This document shows positions 28,176 through 37,314 of a stretch of DNA of 64,000 nt, piece by piece. Each line of letters starts with the position of its first letter. Positions within the stretch are counted from its first letter, which is position 1. The stretch is taken from IMG/VR virus record IMGVR_UViG_3300024344_002032, positions 1-64,000 of that record; one strand, 5' to 3'. The DNA comes from a virus. The translations under genes were made by a program, and so were the position numbers. Under the pieces are notes generated by a model, which ran no database searches, had not been told where the DNA came from, and saw only the letters and a list, made by a program, of their open reading frames with translations.

Positions 28176-29674
28176 TTTAATCCCTTAACATTTTTTGCAA
28201 TATGCATTGTGAATTGACTCACACCACCTGGTCCAGCACCATGAATTGCACTACCTCTCATAGCTAATGTCATAGCTCTAATACCTTGTTGTTTAGTATA
28301 ACTTTTTTGTTTCATAAGTTTCATAAATTCTTTACCATCTTTGGTGTCTGTATTAATGTAACTCATAGCTTGTTTTAAATTATTAACAAATGCTTCATTT
28401 ACGGATTCATCTACTGGCATTTTTATGATTTGGTTCATAGATTTTTCCATATCTTTTACAAGAGATGCAAGTCCAGTTCGTTTATTAGTTACAAATCCAT
28501 CTACCACTCCCCAATCATTTGATTTCATAAAAGTATCAATTTTTCTTATAACACCCTTTACAAACTTTAAAGATGTCTTAAAATCTTTTTTAAGTTTTTC
28601 TCTCTTTGGATTTTTTCTTTCATTTACGAATTCTTCTTTGAATATTTTTCTACCACGTTTTTTCTGAACGACATTTAGTTTCCTAATGATATCTTTTTTC
28701 ATTTTTTTCTCAGCAGGTGTTTTAAACTGATTCAAAACGTGTTGCATATAATTATCAAATTGTTTTGGGTCTTTTAAATTTATTTCTTTTACGGATTCCA
28801 CTGGTTCATACCCCCGTTTTTGTTTATCTTTACGTTTCTGTAATCCACCATCTACTTCATAATCATCATCGTCAAAATCATAGGTTGCGTGTTCAGCACC
28901 TTGACCTTTTATATGAGGACCATTGTGAACTACGTGGTGTTTAAAAAATTCTTTTGCTTTTTTAGAGTCTTTAGGTGGTTTAACACCTTTTATCTTTTTA
29001 ACTTGTTTTACTTTAGTTGGTAAAGAACCCTCTTTTAAAGGATTATACTTACCTAACATCTTATCAATATACAATTTATCTAAATCGTGTAAAACACTTT
29101 CACCACCTTTTTGAACTTGTCTATATCCACTTTTACTTCCTAATGCTTTTGAACCTGGCTCTGGTGTATGTGCTATATCATTACCATGTTGCATATTTCC
29201 CTCAGGTGGTGTAGTGGGTTTTACTAAAATATCTTGTTCTTTATCACCTCCTGTAAATACAAAATCTGCAGACTCTCTTGGAATAGTATATTGAGGTGAT
29301 TTGCCAAAAGCTCTTCTACCATAAACTCTTTGGTTTGGAGTAAGTGGTGGTTCATCTGATCTAAGGTCTTTCCATGGATCTAAAACTGCATTAGTTGCAA
29401 CTAACGCAGGAGTAATTTTTGTTCTTTTAAATGTTCCACCACCTAAATCTGGTTCAGGTATTTGACTACCATCTCCACCATAAATTACATCTGAAGCTGG
29501 TGCTACAATTTGTGTCATCCCTCGTGGCATTCCAGCTGGTCCTATATGTCGTCTTTCACCATATCTTGTAAAAATACCATCTGGCCACGCATCTCCTGTA
29601 TTTAATCCACCACCAACTGTAGTTAAAGATACTTCCATTAATTGTTTTTCAAATTTATTGATAAACTTTTTCAC
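28172..29674 (-). CDS. Modular hypothetical protein (probable internal head polyprotein)
   Basis: 500 aa; segments separated by LME, LKE, ESVKE, FVNE and ESVNE. Confidence 0.65.
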   Translation of the reverse strand: MKKFINKFEKQLMEVSLTTVGGGLNTGDAWPDGIFTRYGERRHIGPAGMPRGMTQIVAPASDVIYGGDGSQIPEPDLGGGTFKRTKITPALVATNAVLDPWKDLRSDEPPLTPNQRVYGRRAFGKSPQYTIPRESADFVFTGGDKEQDILVKPTTPPEGNMQHGNDIAHTPEPGSKALGSKSGYRQVQKGGESVLHDLDKLYIDKMLGKYNPLKEGSLPTKVKQVKKIKGVKPPKDSKKAKEFFKHHVVHNGPHIKGQGAEHATYDFDDDDYEVDGGLQKRKDKQKRGYEPVESVKEINLKDPKQFDNYMQHVLNQFKTPAEKKMKKDIIRKLNVVQKKRGRKIFKEEFVNERKNPKREKLKKDFKTSLKFVKGVIRKIDTFMKSNDWGVVDGFVTNKRTGLASLVKDMEKSMNQIIKMPVDESVNEAFVNNLKQAMSYINTDTKDGKEFMKLMKQKSYTKQQGIRAMTLAMRGSAIHGAGPGGVSQFTMHIAKNVKGLK

Positions 29675-30045
29675 TATCGTATCCCCATAGCTCTTCTTTT
29701 ACGTAATGATTTCCTTCTCTTTCTAATCATCATAGCTTTTTTGCCACGTTTTTTCATCCAAGCTCTTTTCATAGCTCGTCTTTTCTTAACTCTTGAAGCA
29801 CCAGAAACTCTTACACAAGTTTTCTTGGCTGCATTATATCTTTTATTTCTTGGGCAAATAACTCTGAGTTTGAGTTTTTTATTACGGATGACTCTTTTAC
29901 GTCTAAGTTCAGTTAGATTATTGATGATTTCGTCAATGAAGACTTCAACCATAGTATTAAATTGTTCTTCATCGTTTAGAATATCTTCAGTTACTTCATC
30001 GAAAAATCCGTTTTCAATTGACTGTTCAACAATTTTGCTAAACAT
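29674..30045 (-). CDS. Prohead core protein (T4 gp68-like)
   Basis: Acidic N-terminus, then a highly basic region ending RKRRKSLRKRRAMGIR; near the protease gene. Confidence 0.7.
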   Translation of the reverse strand: MFSKIVEQSIENGFFDEVTEDILNDEEQFNTMVEVFIDEIINNLTELRRKRVIRNKKLKLRVICPRNKRYNAAKKTCVRVSGASRVKKRRAMKRAWMKKRGKKAMMIRKRRKSLRKRRAMGIR

Positions 30046-30046
30046 T

Positions 30047-30286
30047 TTAAGCTTTCTTTAGAATTAGCTTTAATTCTATAATATATTTTTTATACGCTTT
30101 CATTAATGTCATGGCTTTTTTTCTATCACCAGCTTTATCAGCTTCTTTAATCATCATCTTAAAGTTCTTATCTAAACTGTCAATATCTTTTTGAGCAGAT
30201 TTTTTAGCACCCTTATACATATTAGGTGCTTCATCTAATCTCCAATCTTTCCATTCAGCCCACATTTTTTGCGTATACTTTGGCAT
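30047..30286 (-). CDS. Hypothetical small head-module protein
   Basis: 79 aa, coupled to the protease gene; N-terminal leader ends in RLDE. Confidence 0.6.
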   Translation of the reverse strand: MPKYTQKMWAEWKDWRLDEAPNMYKGAKKSAQKDIDSLDKNFKMMIKEADKAGDRKKAMTLMKAYKKYIIELKLILKKA

Positions 30287-30927
30287 TACATTCCCCTAAT
30301 GATATCATTTGCTATTGATTCTACTTTACACCACTGACCACACTCATTAGGATTTCTATCATCTACTCTAACAACACTTTCATTAATTACACCCTCATTT
30401 GTTGGATGTAAGAAAGCACCTTGTGTTGATGGATTGGATACGAAATCGAATGCAATAAGTTCAAAATCAGGTTGTACTGCAACTGTTTGTTTTCCTTTTT
30501 CATCTTCATCTATAGTTTCTACTGAACCCATACCTCTTGAAGAGATACCTAACTTAATACCTGATCTAAATAATTCTTTTAAAATATTTCCTGCTGGTGT
30601 TGGTAAAACTTCTACTGTACCAACTAAATCGTCATTTTGCCACTTCATATCTCTAATATTATGAGATACATTAGCCAAATTAACTACTGAACTCTCTGGA
30701 TGGTCAAGTTCACCCATAGCGCGACGTTCTCTTATAAAAGTATCATTATACTTTTTTGCTTCCCTTACTAAAATCTCTTTAGGATAAATTCTACCATTCT
30801 GATTTTCAGCATTTGCTCTTTGTAAGATGCCGCTAACAATCAACTTTCCATCATTTTCTTTCATGGATTCATTAATTTGTGATGGTTGTATTTCAAATGG
30901 TAAATAATCTACTATGAGTTGTCTCAT
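30286..30927 (-). CDS. Prohead protease (T4 gp21-like)
   Basis: NQNGRIYP, GELDHP, GISSRGMGS and FDFVSNPS. Confidence 0.96.
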   Translation of the reverse strand: MRQLIVDYLPFEIQPSQINESMKENDGKLIVSGILQRANAENQNGRIYPKEILVREAKKYNDTFIRERRAMGELDHPESSVVNLANVSHNIRDMKWQNDDLVGTVEVLPTPAGNILKELFRSGIKLGISSRGMGSVETIDEDEKGKQTVAVQPDFELIAFDFVSNPSTQGAFLHPTNEGVINESVVRVDDRNPNECGQWCKVESIANDIIRGM

Positions 30928-30937
30928 GATCGTGTCC

Positions 30938-31153
30938 TTAACTTCTTACTTTAATTATTTCAGTTCTAATTTCTTCCAACTCTTCAATAAGTTTATCTAC
31001 TTTTCCAAGAGCTTCCATTTTATTAAAACTATCTCTATCCCCATTCTTTAGGGATTCTTCACAAAATTTTTTAGTTAACGTTATAATATCTAACAACTTA
31101 TAAATAAGTTGAAATTTAAAGTGCTCCCACTTTGGTTTTTGTTTCAGTTTCAC
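30938..31153 (-). CDS. Hypothetical protein
   Basis: 71-aa helical ORF filling the gap in the operon. Confidence 0.55.
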   Translation of the reverse strand: MKLKQKPKWEHFKFQLIYKLLDIITLTKKFCEESLKNGDRDSFNKMEALGKVDKLIEELEEIRTEIIKVRS

Positions 31154-31161
31154 AAGAAACC

Positions 31162-31800
31162 TTAATGTAACTGACCAACTTTATTAGCTAACTTAACTAA
31201 CCTTTCACTAATCTTTTTCATAGCCACATGCGTTCTTTTCCAATAGGATGTAGAATCTACTCCTATTTCATTCTTTAAACGAATGTTCATACCGACTATA
31301 CTCTCAAGAGTTTTTAATGTATCACGAACTTCCATCATAGAACGACCAATCTTTTGTTTTGGTGTCATTGATTCGTCATTTCTGTAATCGTGGTATCTAC
31401 CCTCATTTACACTTTCAAGTCTCTTATCAACTTGTTTTGCTTTACCAGCTTCAACTCTCTTAATACTTATAATTCCTTTTCTACCTTTTTTAAGATTCTT
31501 AGAAACCATCATTTCTGCTGCACCTTTAGAACCTGCATCAACTATAATAGTAGCTGTATCACCTTTATCACTAATATTGAACTTTACAGCAAATTTAGCT
31601 TCAGCAATACTGTAACCACTTTGACTTGCTATTTTATTTCTTTTCTTTTTATCTTTTTTACGTTTACCACTAAAAGCAAATGGTGTTTTTGGAGGACCTG
31701 CTCCACCATCAATAGCACCTGTTACAGATGCTTCATCTAAGTCCTGTTGGATAAGCTCGCGTATCGTATTTTTAAGTTCTTCAAATTTAGTTTGCGACAT
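31162..31800 (-). CDS. Head-module protein (probable internal/core)
   Basis: Start MSQTKF; LDEASVTG...KTPFAFS; ESVNEGRY. Confidence 0.65.
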   Translation of the reverse strand: MSQTKFEELKNTIRELIQQDLDEASVTGAIDGGAGPPKTPFAFSGKRKKDKKKRNKIASQSGYSIAEAKFAVKFNISDKGDTATIIVDAGSKGAAEMMVSKNLKKGRKGIISIKRVEAGKAKQVDKRLESVNEGRYHDYRNDESMTPKQKIGRSMMEVRDTLKTLESIVGMNIRLKNEIGVDSTSYWKRTHVAMKKISERLVKLANKVGQLH

Positions 31801-32644
31801 TATCAATCTCCCCAATAAGTTGGTAATACCTCATCATAGAAACAACCTGCTTATCAGAAACAACTTTACCTTTTTTCAAACCATCGATTTGATTCATAAC
31901 CTCTGTTAACTTAATTTGTGTAACTTTGTCGTCTACTTTTTTAATTTTAGATTTCAAAGTATCTTTCACTTCTTCAACCTCACTATCGACATATTCTCTT
32001 AACTTATTTGTATTAGAAATATTATTAATATATTCTTTGATTAATGTTTTCTGTTTTTCAGTTAAGTTGGAATATTTTTTATTAAATTTTTCTACTAATG
32101 TAGCATATGCTAACATTCTCAAATCTTTTTCTTGTTTTTTGAGATAGTCATATGTTTTGTTGGTTTTAGAAGATTTAGAATCAGCAGTTATGCTTTCTAC
32201 AATTGTATATTTTGTTGAAACATATTTATCTGGAGCTATAGATTGTTCACTATGTGTAAATAAATTATAAATTGATGCTAAAACTTTATAATTGTTAATT
32301 TTTGTATTAAAAAAATCTTTTTCACTATAACAATTTCTAATTTCTTTAATAAGATTGTATTTTTCCCTTTTAATAGAAGAATTATTTAACTTCTTTCTAC
32401 TACCCATAACAGCATCGATCAGTGCTTCAGCACGAGATTCGGTACTATACTTGGTTTCTGTAAGTATTTTATACAATTCATACTCTTTACCGAGTTGTGT
32501 ACCGTTTTTAAAATACGTTTTTACTATATCTACAGCTTTGGAACTATCTGATTCCATTAAATCTACTGTGATTTGTCTTGTTAACAACTCAAAAAGAATA
32601 CCAGTATTCTTAATTTTATTGTGTTTCATCTTCTTATTTAACAT
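31787..32644 (-). CDS. Conserved hypothetical protein between portal and protease
   Basis: KHNKIKNTGILFELLTRQIT, EKYNLIKEI and EKFNKKY; GGAG SD. Confidence 0.75.
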   Translation of the reverse strand: MLNKKMKHNKIKNTGILFELLTRQITVDLMESDSSKAVDIVKTYFKNGTQLGKEYELYKILTETKYSTESRAEALIDAVMGSRKKLNNSSIKREKYNLIKEIRNCYSEKDFFNTKINNYKVLASIYNLFTHSEQSIAPDKYVSTKYTIVESITADSKSSKTNKTYDYLKKQEKDLRMLAYATLVEKFNKKYSNLTEKQKTLIKEYINNISNTNKLREYVDSEVEEVKDTLKSKIKKVDDKVTQIKLTEVMNQIDGLKKGKVVSDKQVVSMMRYYQLIGEIDNVAN

Positions 32645-32696
32645 TAAAATGCTCCAGCGTTAAGTATGTCATATATAAATATAAAAATATAAAAAA

Positions 32697-34514
32697 TTAC
32701 TTTATTTTTACGTCTTTAAGTTCTTCTTTATATTCACTTTCAATCTTTTCAGCCTCATTTATTAATTGATAGTCTTTTTGAGAAAACTTCTTCATATTCT
32801 TCTTCAAACCATCAAAATGAGCGAGTGCTAAACTTGGATTGTATTGTTTTCTTTTATCATGTGCACCTAAAGGATCTCTACCTCTAGCTCCACTATCTTT
32901 TCCGTATTTTCCACCCTCTTTTGGTCTTCCTGCACCATTCCAACCACCTGGAGGTGAACCACCCTCATCATCTAACTCATGTCCAGTTCTACCTGCTTGT
33001 GCATCGGATGGTGTTCCTTGTGCTTCACCACTCTTTGCAGGATCGTTACCCTCAGATTCTATCTGAGAGCGTCTAAATTTCTGTTTATAATCAAATACTA
33101 TCTGATTATCCATCTCTTTAATCTTATCTTCTGTAAAATTAAATACATTCTTATAAATCCACTCTGTAGAAACTATACCATCTTGTAACATTGAAGATGC
33201 CAATTGTGTTTTACTATTCCACAATTCAACTTTTTCGGTTTCATAAATTGTAGATGGATTTGTAAGATTCAATTCAAAATTAACTAAGTCTGCATCTTGA
33301 TAACCTTGTGAGTATAGATGAACAATAGCTATCTTAGTTAACTCTGATACAGTAATTCTTTGAATTCTTTCAATCGTTCTTGCAAACCTTACATCTTCTG
33401 CTGCAAGTGTTGCTTTACTTCCAAGTGATTCTTCATATCCAAGAAATGCTTTTGGAACACGAAGTGCTGCTAACATTTTATTCTTTAGATACTCAATATC
33501 TTCCACAGCTTCATAATTCAAACCTGGAAGTGATTCAATTCTCGTTCCACTATCTCCACCACGAACAGGTAAGAAGAAATCTTCAGTAATATTTTGCATA
33601 TTATATTTTAGATTATATTCACCAGTTGCTTGGTCGATGATAGGTGTTTTCTTCATCTTATTCAAAATCTTTTGCATATAGTTATCAACTTCTGCAGGTG
33701 GAATGTTTCCAATATCAATTTGGAAAACTCTCTTTTCAGGTGCTCTCATAATTCTATGAATCATCATAGCATCTTCCATAAGAGATAATTGTTTCCAAAC
33801 TTTTCTACCTTGTTCAATCATCGACTTACCATATGGTAAGAAGTTAGAATCTGAAAGTAATCTGAAGTGTGCTACTTCAAAATTCTCTAATTCCATTTGA
33901 TGAGGTTTCTGAGTACTATATGCTGAATGTTGATCTCCACCTTGTTCTAATATAAACTTAACATAATGTGGATTATTTTCATCAAGACCCTCTACCCTAG
34001 CTACATCGTATGCTGAAAGTGGTGCTACATTTGTAATACCATATTTTTCGTTAATTTCTAATTGTAAAAAGAAATCACCATACTTACACATATTGCGAAC
34101 CCAAGGCCACAAGTTAAATTCAATATTCAATACATCATAAAATAAATTTTGTAGTATTGATTTAATATTGTCGTTATCAGTTGTTACTTCTAAAACACTT
34201 CCGTATTCACTTTTCATTGTTGATTCATCAGCGTATATATCTAATGCTGAAGAAACGATACCATCACTATCCATCGATTCATAGTCTTTAAATAAACCCA
34301 ACCTTAATGCTTTCTTGTGAACTGCATCCGAAGTTACGGAAGCACCATAACCAGAATACAATTTTTGAAATCTATCAATAAGATTGTTTTTTGCTATATG
34401 CTGAATTTTATCTGTATCAGCTATCTTTAGTTTCTTACCACCAACATTCCTAACAATTACGTTTGTTGAGAATAGTCGTTGTAGTCTTCCAAATAATGAT
34501 TTATCAGCCATCAT
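32697..34514 (-). CDS. Portal protein (T4 gp20-like)
   Basis: LMEDAMMIHRIMRAPEKRVFQIDIGN, EDFFLPVRG, ALRVPKAFL and EDVRFARTIERIQ. Confidence 0.96.
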   Translation of the reverse strand: MMADKSLFGRLQRLFSTNVIVRNVGGKKLKIADTDKIQHIAKNNLIDRFQKLYSGYGASVTSDAVHKKALRLGLFKDYESMDSDGIVSSALDIYADESTMKSEYGSVLEVTTDNDNIKSILQNLFYDVLNIEFNLWPWVRNMCKYGDFFLQLEINEKYGITNVAPLSAYDVARVEGLDENNPHYVKFILEQGGDQHSAYSTQKPHQMELENFEVAHFRLLSDSNFLPYGKSMIEQGRKVWKQLSLMEDAMMIHRIMRAPEKRVFQIDIGNIPPAEVDNYMQKILNKMKKTPIIDQATGEYNLKYNMQNITEDFFLPVRGGDSGTRIESLPGLNYEAVEDIEYLKNKMLAALRVPKAFLGYEESLGSKATLAAEDVRFARTIERIQRITVSELTKIAIVHLYSQGYQDADLVNFELNLTNPSTIYETEKVELWNSKTQLASSMLQDGIVSTEWIYKNVFNFTEDKIKEMDNQIVFDYKQKFRRSQIESEGNDPAKSGEAQGTPSDAQAGRTGHELDDEGGSPPGGWNGAGRPKEGGKYGKDSGARGRDPLGAHDKRKQYNPSLALAHFDGLKKNMKKFSQKDYQLINEAEKIESEYKEELKDVKIK

Positions 34515-34523
34515 TTACCTCTT

Positions 34524-36144
34524 TTAATTAAGTAGCCATTCTAATGATTCATTTTTTCTATTTTCACCTACGCCAGGTTTCCAATTCCAAGAATCGTTAT
34601 CTTTTTCATCAGGAGAATAAATACCCTGATGTGCATTTACATTTGAGAGAGTTCTTTTTGATAATTCAATACCCTCTGCTCTCAATCTCAATGCAGTTTC
34701 TCTTATCCACAATCCCATAGCAAAAGACATTACCAAGTCATCATTATATCCTTGCATTGCTTCTGCTCTCTGTCCATTATAAATAAAAACAAACAATTCA
34801 TCTATCAATCTATGTGATTGAACTTGAACAGCTTTTTCTCTAAAAAATTCTTCTAATTTTGCTATAACTAACGGTCTTGTCTTCATAGACATTGTAAAAC
34901 CAGGCACCAGGTCTTGTCTTCATAGACATTGTAAAACCAGGCACCATCTGTCTTTCTTCTCTATAGTGCTTATTAGTTATTTGCCTTTCAGTATCAACAT
35001 ACTTTAAATCTTTTGATGTGTAGAATAAATTTTGATATTCTCTATCTATTATTTGTTGAATTGCTGCCCAACCAATATTATTATTCTCCACAACAAGTAG
35101 TGCTTCATTATACTCTTGAGCTATGTTAACTAACATATTACCATAGTCTCTTGTAGAAACTCTACCTTTATATTCTGCTACTTGATTACAACTTTCTAAA
35201 TCTATAACATGAAAAGCAGAATAATCTGTAGAATCTCCTCTACTAACGTCAGCACATACTATATAATCTTTTGTGTAATTTGGCGGCTCCCAAATCCACA
35301 AGTTACTATCAATACCACGTTTTTCGATAGGTTCTTTACACGTGCTATTTTTCATTTCTTCTAAAATAATACCATCAATAACATTTTGTCCAGAAGTGAT
35401 AAAATCACAATCACATTCTTGAGCTGCTAATGATGGACCTAACAATGAATCTTGTTCATCTCTCCATTCTTGTTCTCTATCAGGATGTACAGTCCAATGT
35501 AGTCTTGTGAAATTAAAATCATTTAAACCATCTTCTGCATCAACCCAAGTTCTATGAAACCAATTACCAACACCATTTGGTGTTGAAAGTGCAATACATT
35601 GTCCACCAGTTGATAACGTCTGAGATGCTGCTGCCCATATCGTATCAATCTTATCAATAAATGCTGCCTCATCAAGTATCAATAATGATAGTGCCTCTGA
35701 ACGACCACTATCTTCACCACTTGATACAGCTTTTATTTGAGAACCATTCTTGTATCTCAAACTTAATTTGTTATCTTCAACACAAGGTTGCTTTAACCAA
35801 CTTGGTAAGTTTGCGTGCATCACACGAACCTTTGTTACCAAGTTTTTTGCTACTTCTTGTTTCGTAGCAATAACCAAGATATTTTTATCTTGGTGAAACG
35901 TCATCATCCATAAAGAATATCCAGCAGTTAATGTAGATATACCTAGCTGCCTAGCTTTCAAAATAATTTGAAATCTATGCTGCATAAATTCTTCTACAGT
36001 TTTCTCCTGAAAATCATAAAGTGAAAAAGGTATTTTACCCTTAATAGGATGTTGTATAAATGAATATTTCTTTAAGAAATATACTGGATCATTTGCACAT
36101 CTTACATATTCTTTCTTTATAATCTCTTTATAGTTTTTATCCAT
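34524..36144 (-). CDS. Terminase large subunit (T4 gp17-like), frameshifted by a 37-bp duplication
   Basis: KARQLGIST (Walker A), LILDEAAF (Walker B), STPNG, ADVSRG, ENN and DDLVMS. Removing one duplicate copy gives a 527-aa ORF. Confidence 0.93.
34873..34946. repeat. 37-bp perfect tandem duplication
   Basis: GGTCTTGTCTTCATAGACATTGTAAAACCAGGCACCA occurs twice. Confidence 0.95.
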
Positions 36145-36464
36145 TAGTGTATCTTTGGATTACGTATTAATACATACACTGCTTTTGCGTTACAAGCTAC
36201 TTCTTTTAATGAAAAATCATATTGTGTTCCAACTGTTAAATGTGCAAGATTTACTCTTCCACCGCCCGATAAATCAGCGTGTCCAGTTGTTGATGATTCT
36301 CCTACAATAAGTGCACCTGCGCCATAATTAGAAGCTGTAAAGCTACCCGTAGCATTATTAACTGTTTGGATACCCTTATATTTTCCAGGATGTCCAAATT
36401 TTTGAAAATGATCGTAATCACTTGGATGAACATTCTGAGATGAGCTAGGTTGTAAGTTAGCCAT
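36144..36464 (-). CDS. Hypothetical protein (possibly structural)
   Basis: 106 aa, AGGAG SD, contains TGSFTAS. Confidence 0.65.
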   Translation of the reverse strand: MANLQPSSSQNVHPSDYDHFQKFGHPGKYKGIQTVNNATGSFTASNYGAGALIVGESSTTGHADLSGGGRVNLAHLTVGTQYDFSLKEVACNAKAVYVLIRNPKIH

Positions 36465-36473
36465 ATTATTCTC

Positions 36474-36773
36474 CTATCGACTACCAGCTCTTTTTATGCC
36501 AGTAGATTTTAATATTTCGTTAAATGTATATGAAGTTTTAACTCCCCCAAATTCTAAAGAATCTAAATCGTCAATTTTTAAAAATTTCTGAATTACAAAT
36601 TCAAAAATAATCATTGCTTCTTCAAACCTTTCACTATCCTCTTCTAAACCCTCTACATCAGATAAATAAATCTCTGCTAACTGTTTCATATCACTCAAAA
36701 CAGTATGTATTTCGTTACAAGTCTGTCCAGGAACGAGGTAGTAATTATTCTTTTTAAAGTAAAGGTTCTTCAT
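36474..36773 (-). CDS. Hypothetical protein
   Basis: 99-aa ORF directly after a CTATTTATA motif. Confidence 0.6.
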   Translation of the reverse strand: MKNLYFKKNNYYLVPGQTCNEIHTVLSDMKQLAEIYLSDVEGLEEDSERFEEAMIIFEFVIQKFLKIDDLDSLEFGGVKTSYTFNEILKSTGIKRAGSR

Positions 36774-36785
36774 ATATATAAATAG

Positions 36786-37310
36786 TTATTCTATTTCTTT
36801 TAGTGTTTTTCTGATAAATTCTTCTGCTTTATCAGCCATTTCTTTCATTTGTTCTTGATTTTGTGTCCATTTTTCCTTTTCCATTTCTAAATCTTGAACT
36901 CCAACTTGTTCTTGAAACTCTATTTTAGCATTTTTCCACTCATCTAAAGATACCAACAAATCTTCAAGATATGCTTTCTGATTTCTTTTTACTTTACCGT
37001 TTTCCCACTCTTCATACTTACCCTCTATACGAAGTTTGTTTTCAAAATTAATCTGACAATCAAAACAATGATTGTATAGTAACCACATCTTATTATCTAA
37101 ACGTTTCTTCATTGTCTTCTTACAAGATGGACAAAACCAGGGCATCCTAGCATCTTTCATAATATCAGATAGTCTATCTACCTTATCACCGTGCTTTGCT
37201 ACCTCTTTCTTACCCTCATAACCAACCATCACTCTTTTTTCTGGAGTTTTTCCACTAATTAAATCACCGAGAACCTTATTTTCTCTTTCTGAACTTTTAC
37301 TATAACCCAT
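36786..37310 (-). CDS. Zn-binding hypothetical protein
   Basis: MPWFCPSC...HCFDC. Confidence 0.7.
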   Translation of the reverse strand: MGYSKSSERENKVLGDLISGKTPEKRVMVGYEGKKEVAKHGDKVDRLSDIMKDARMPWFCPSCKKTMKKRLDNKMWLLYNHCFDCQINFENKLRIEGKYEEWENGKVKRNQKAYLEDLLVSLDEWKNAKIEFQEQVGVQDLEMEKEKWTQNQEQMKEMADKAEEFIRKTLKEIE

Positions 37311-37314
37311 ATAT

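Noticed and set aside
9370-36144. Introns, inteins or stop-codon recoding to explain the split fibre and terminase genes
   Set aside because: Each break is fully explained by an exact tandem duplication, and the other genes read through in the standard code.
36786-37310. Small terminase assignment for a gene upstream of terL
   Set aside because: The position is suggestive, but I recognise no gp16-like sequence features in any of the three upstream ORFs.
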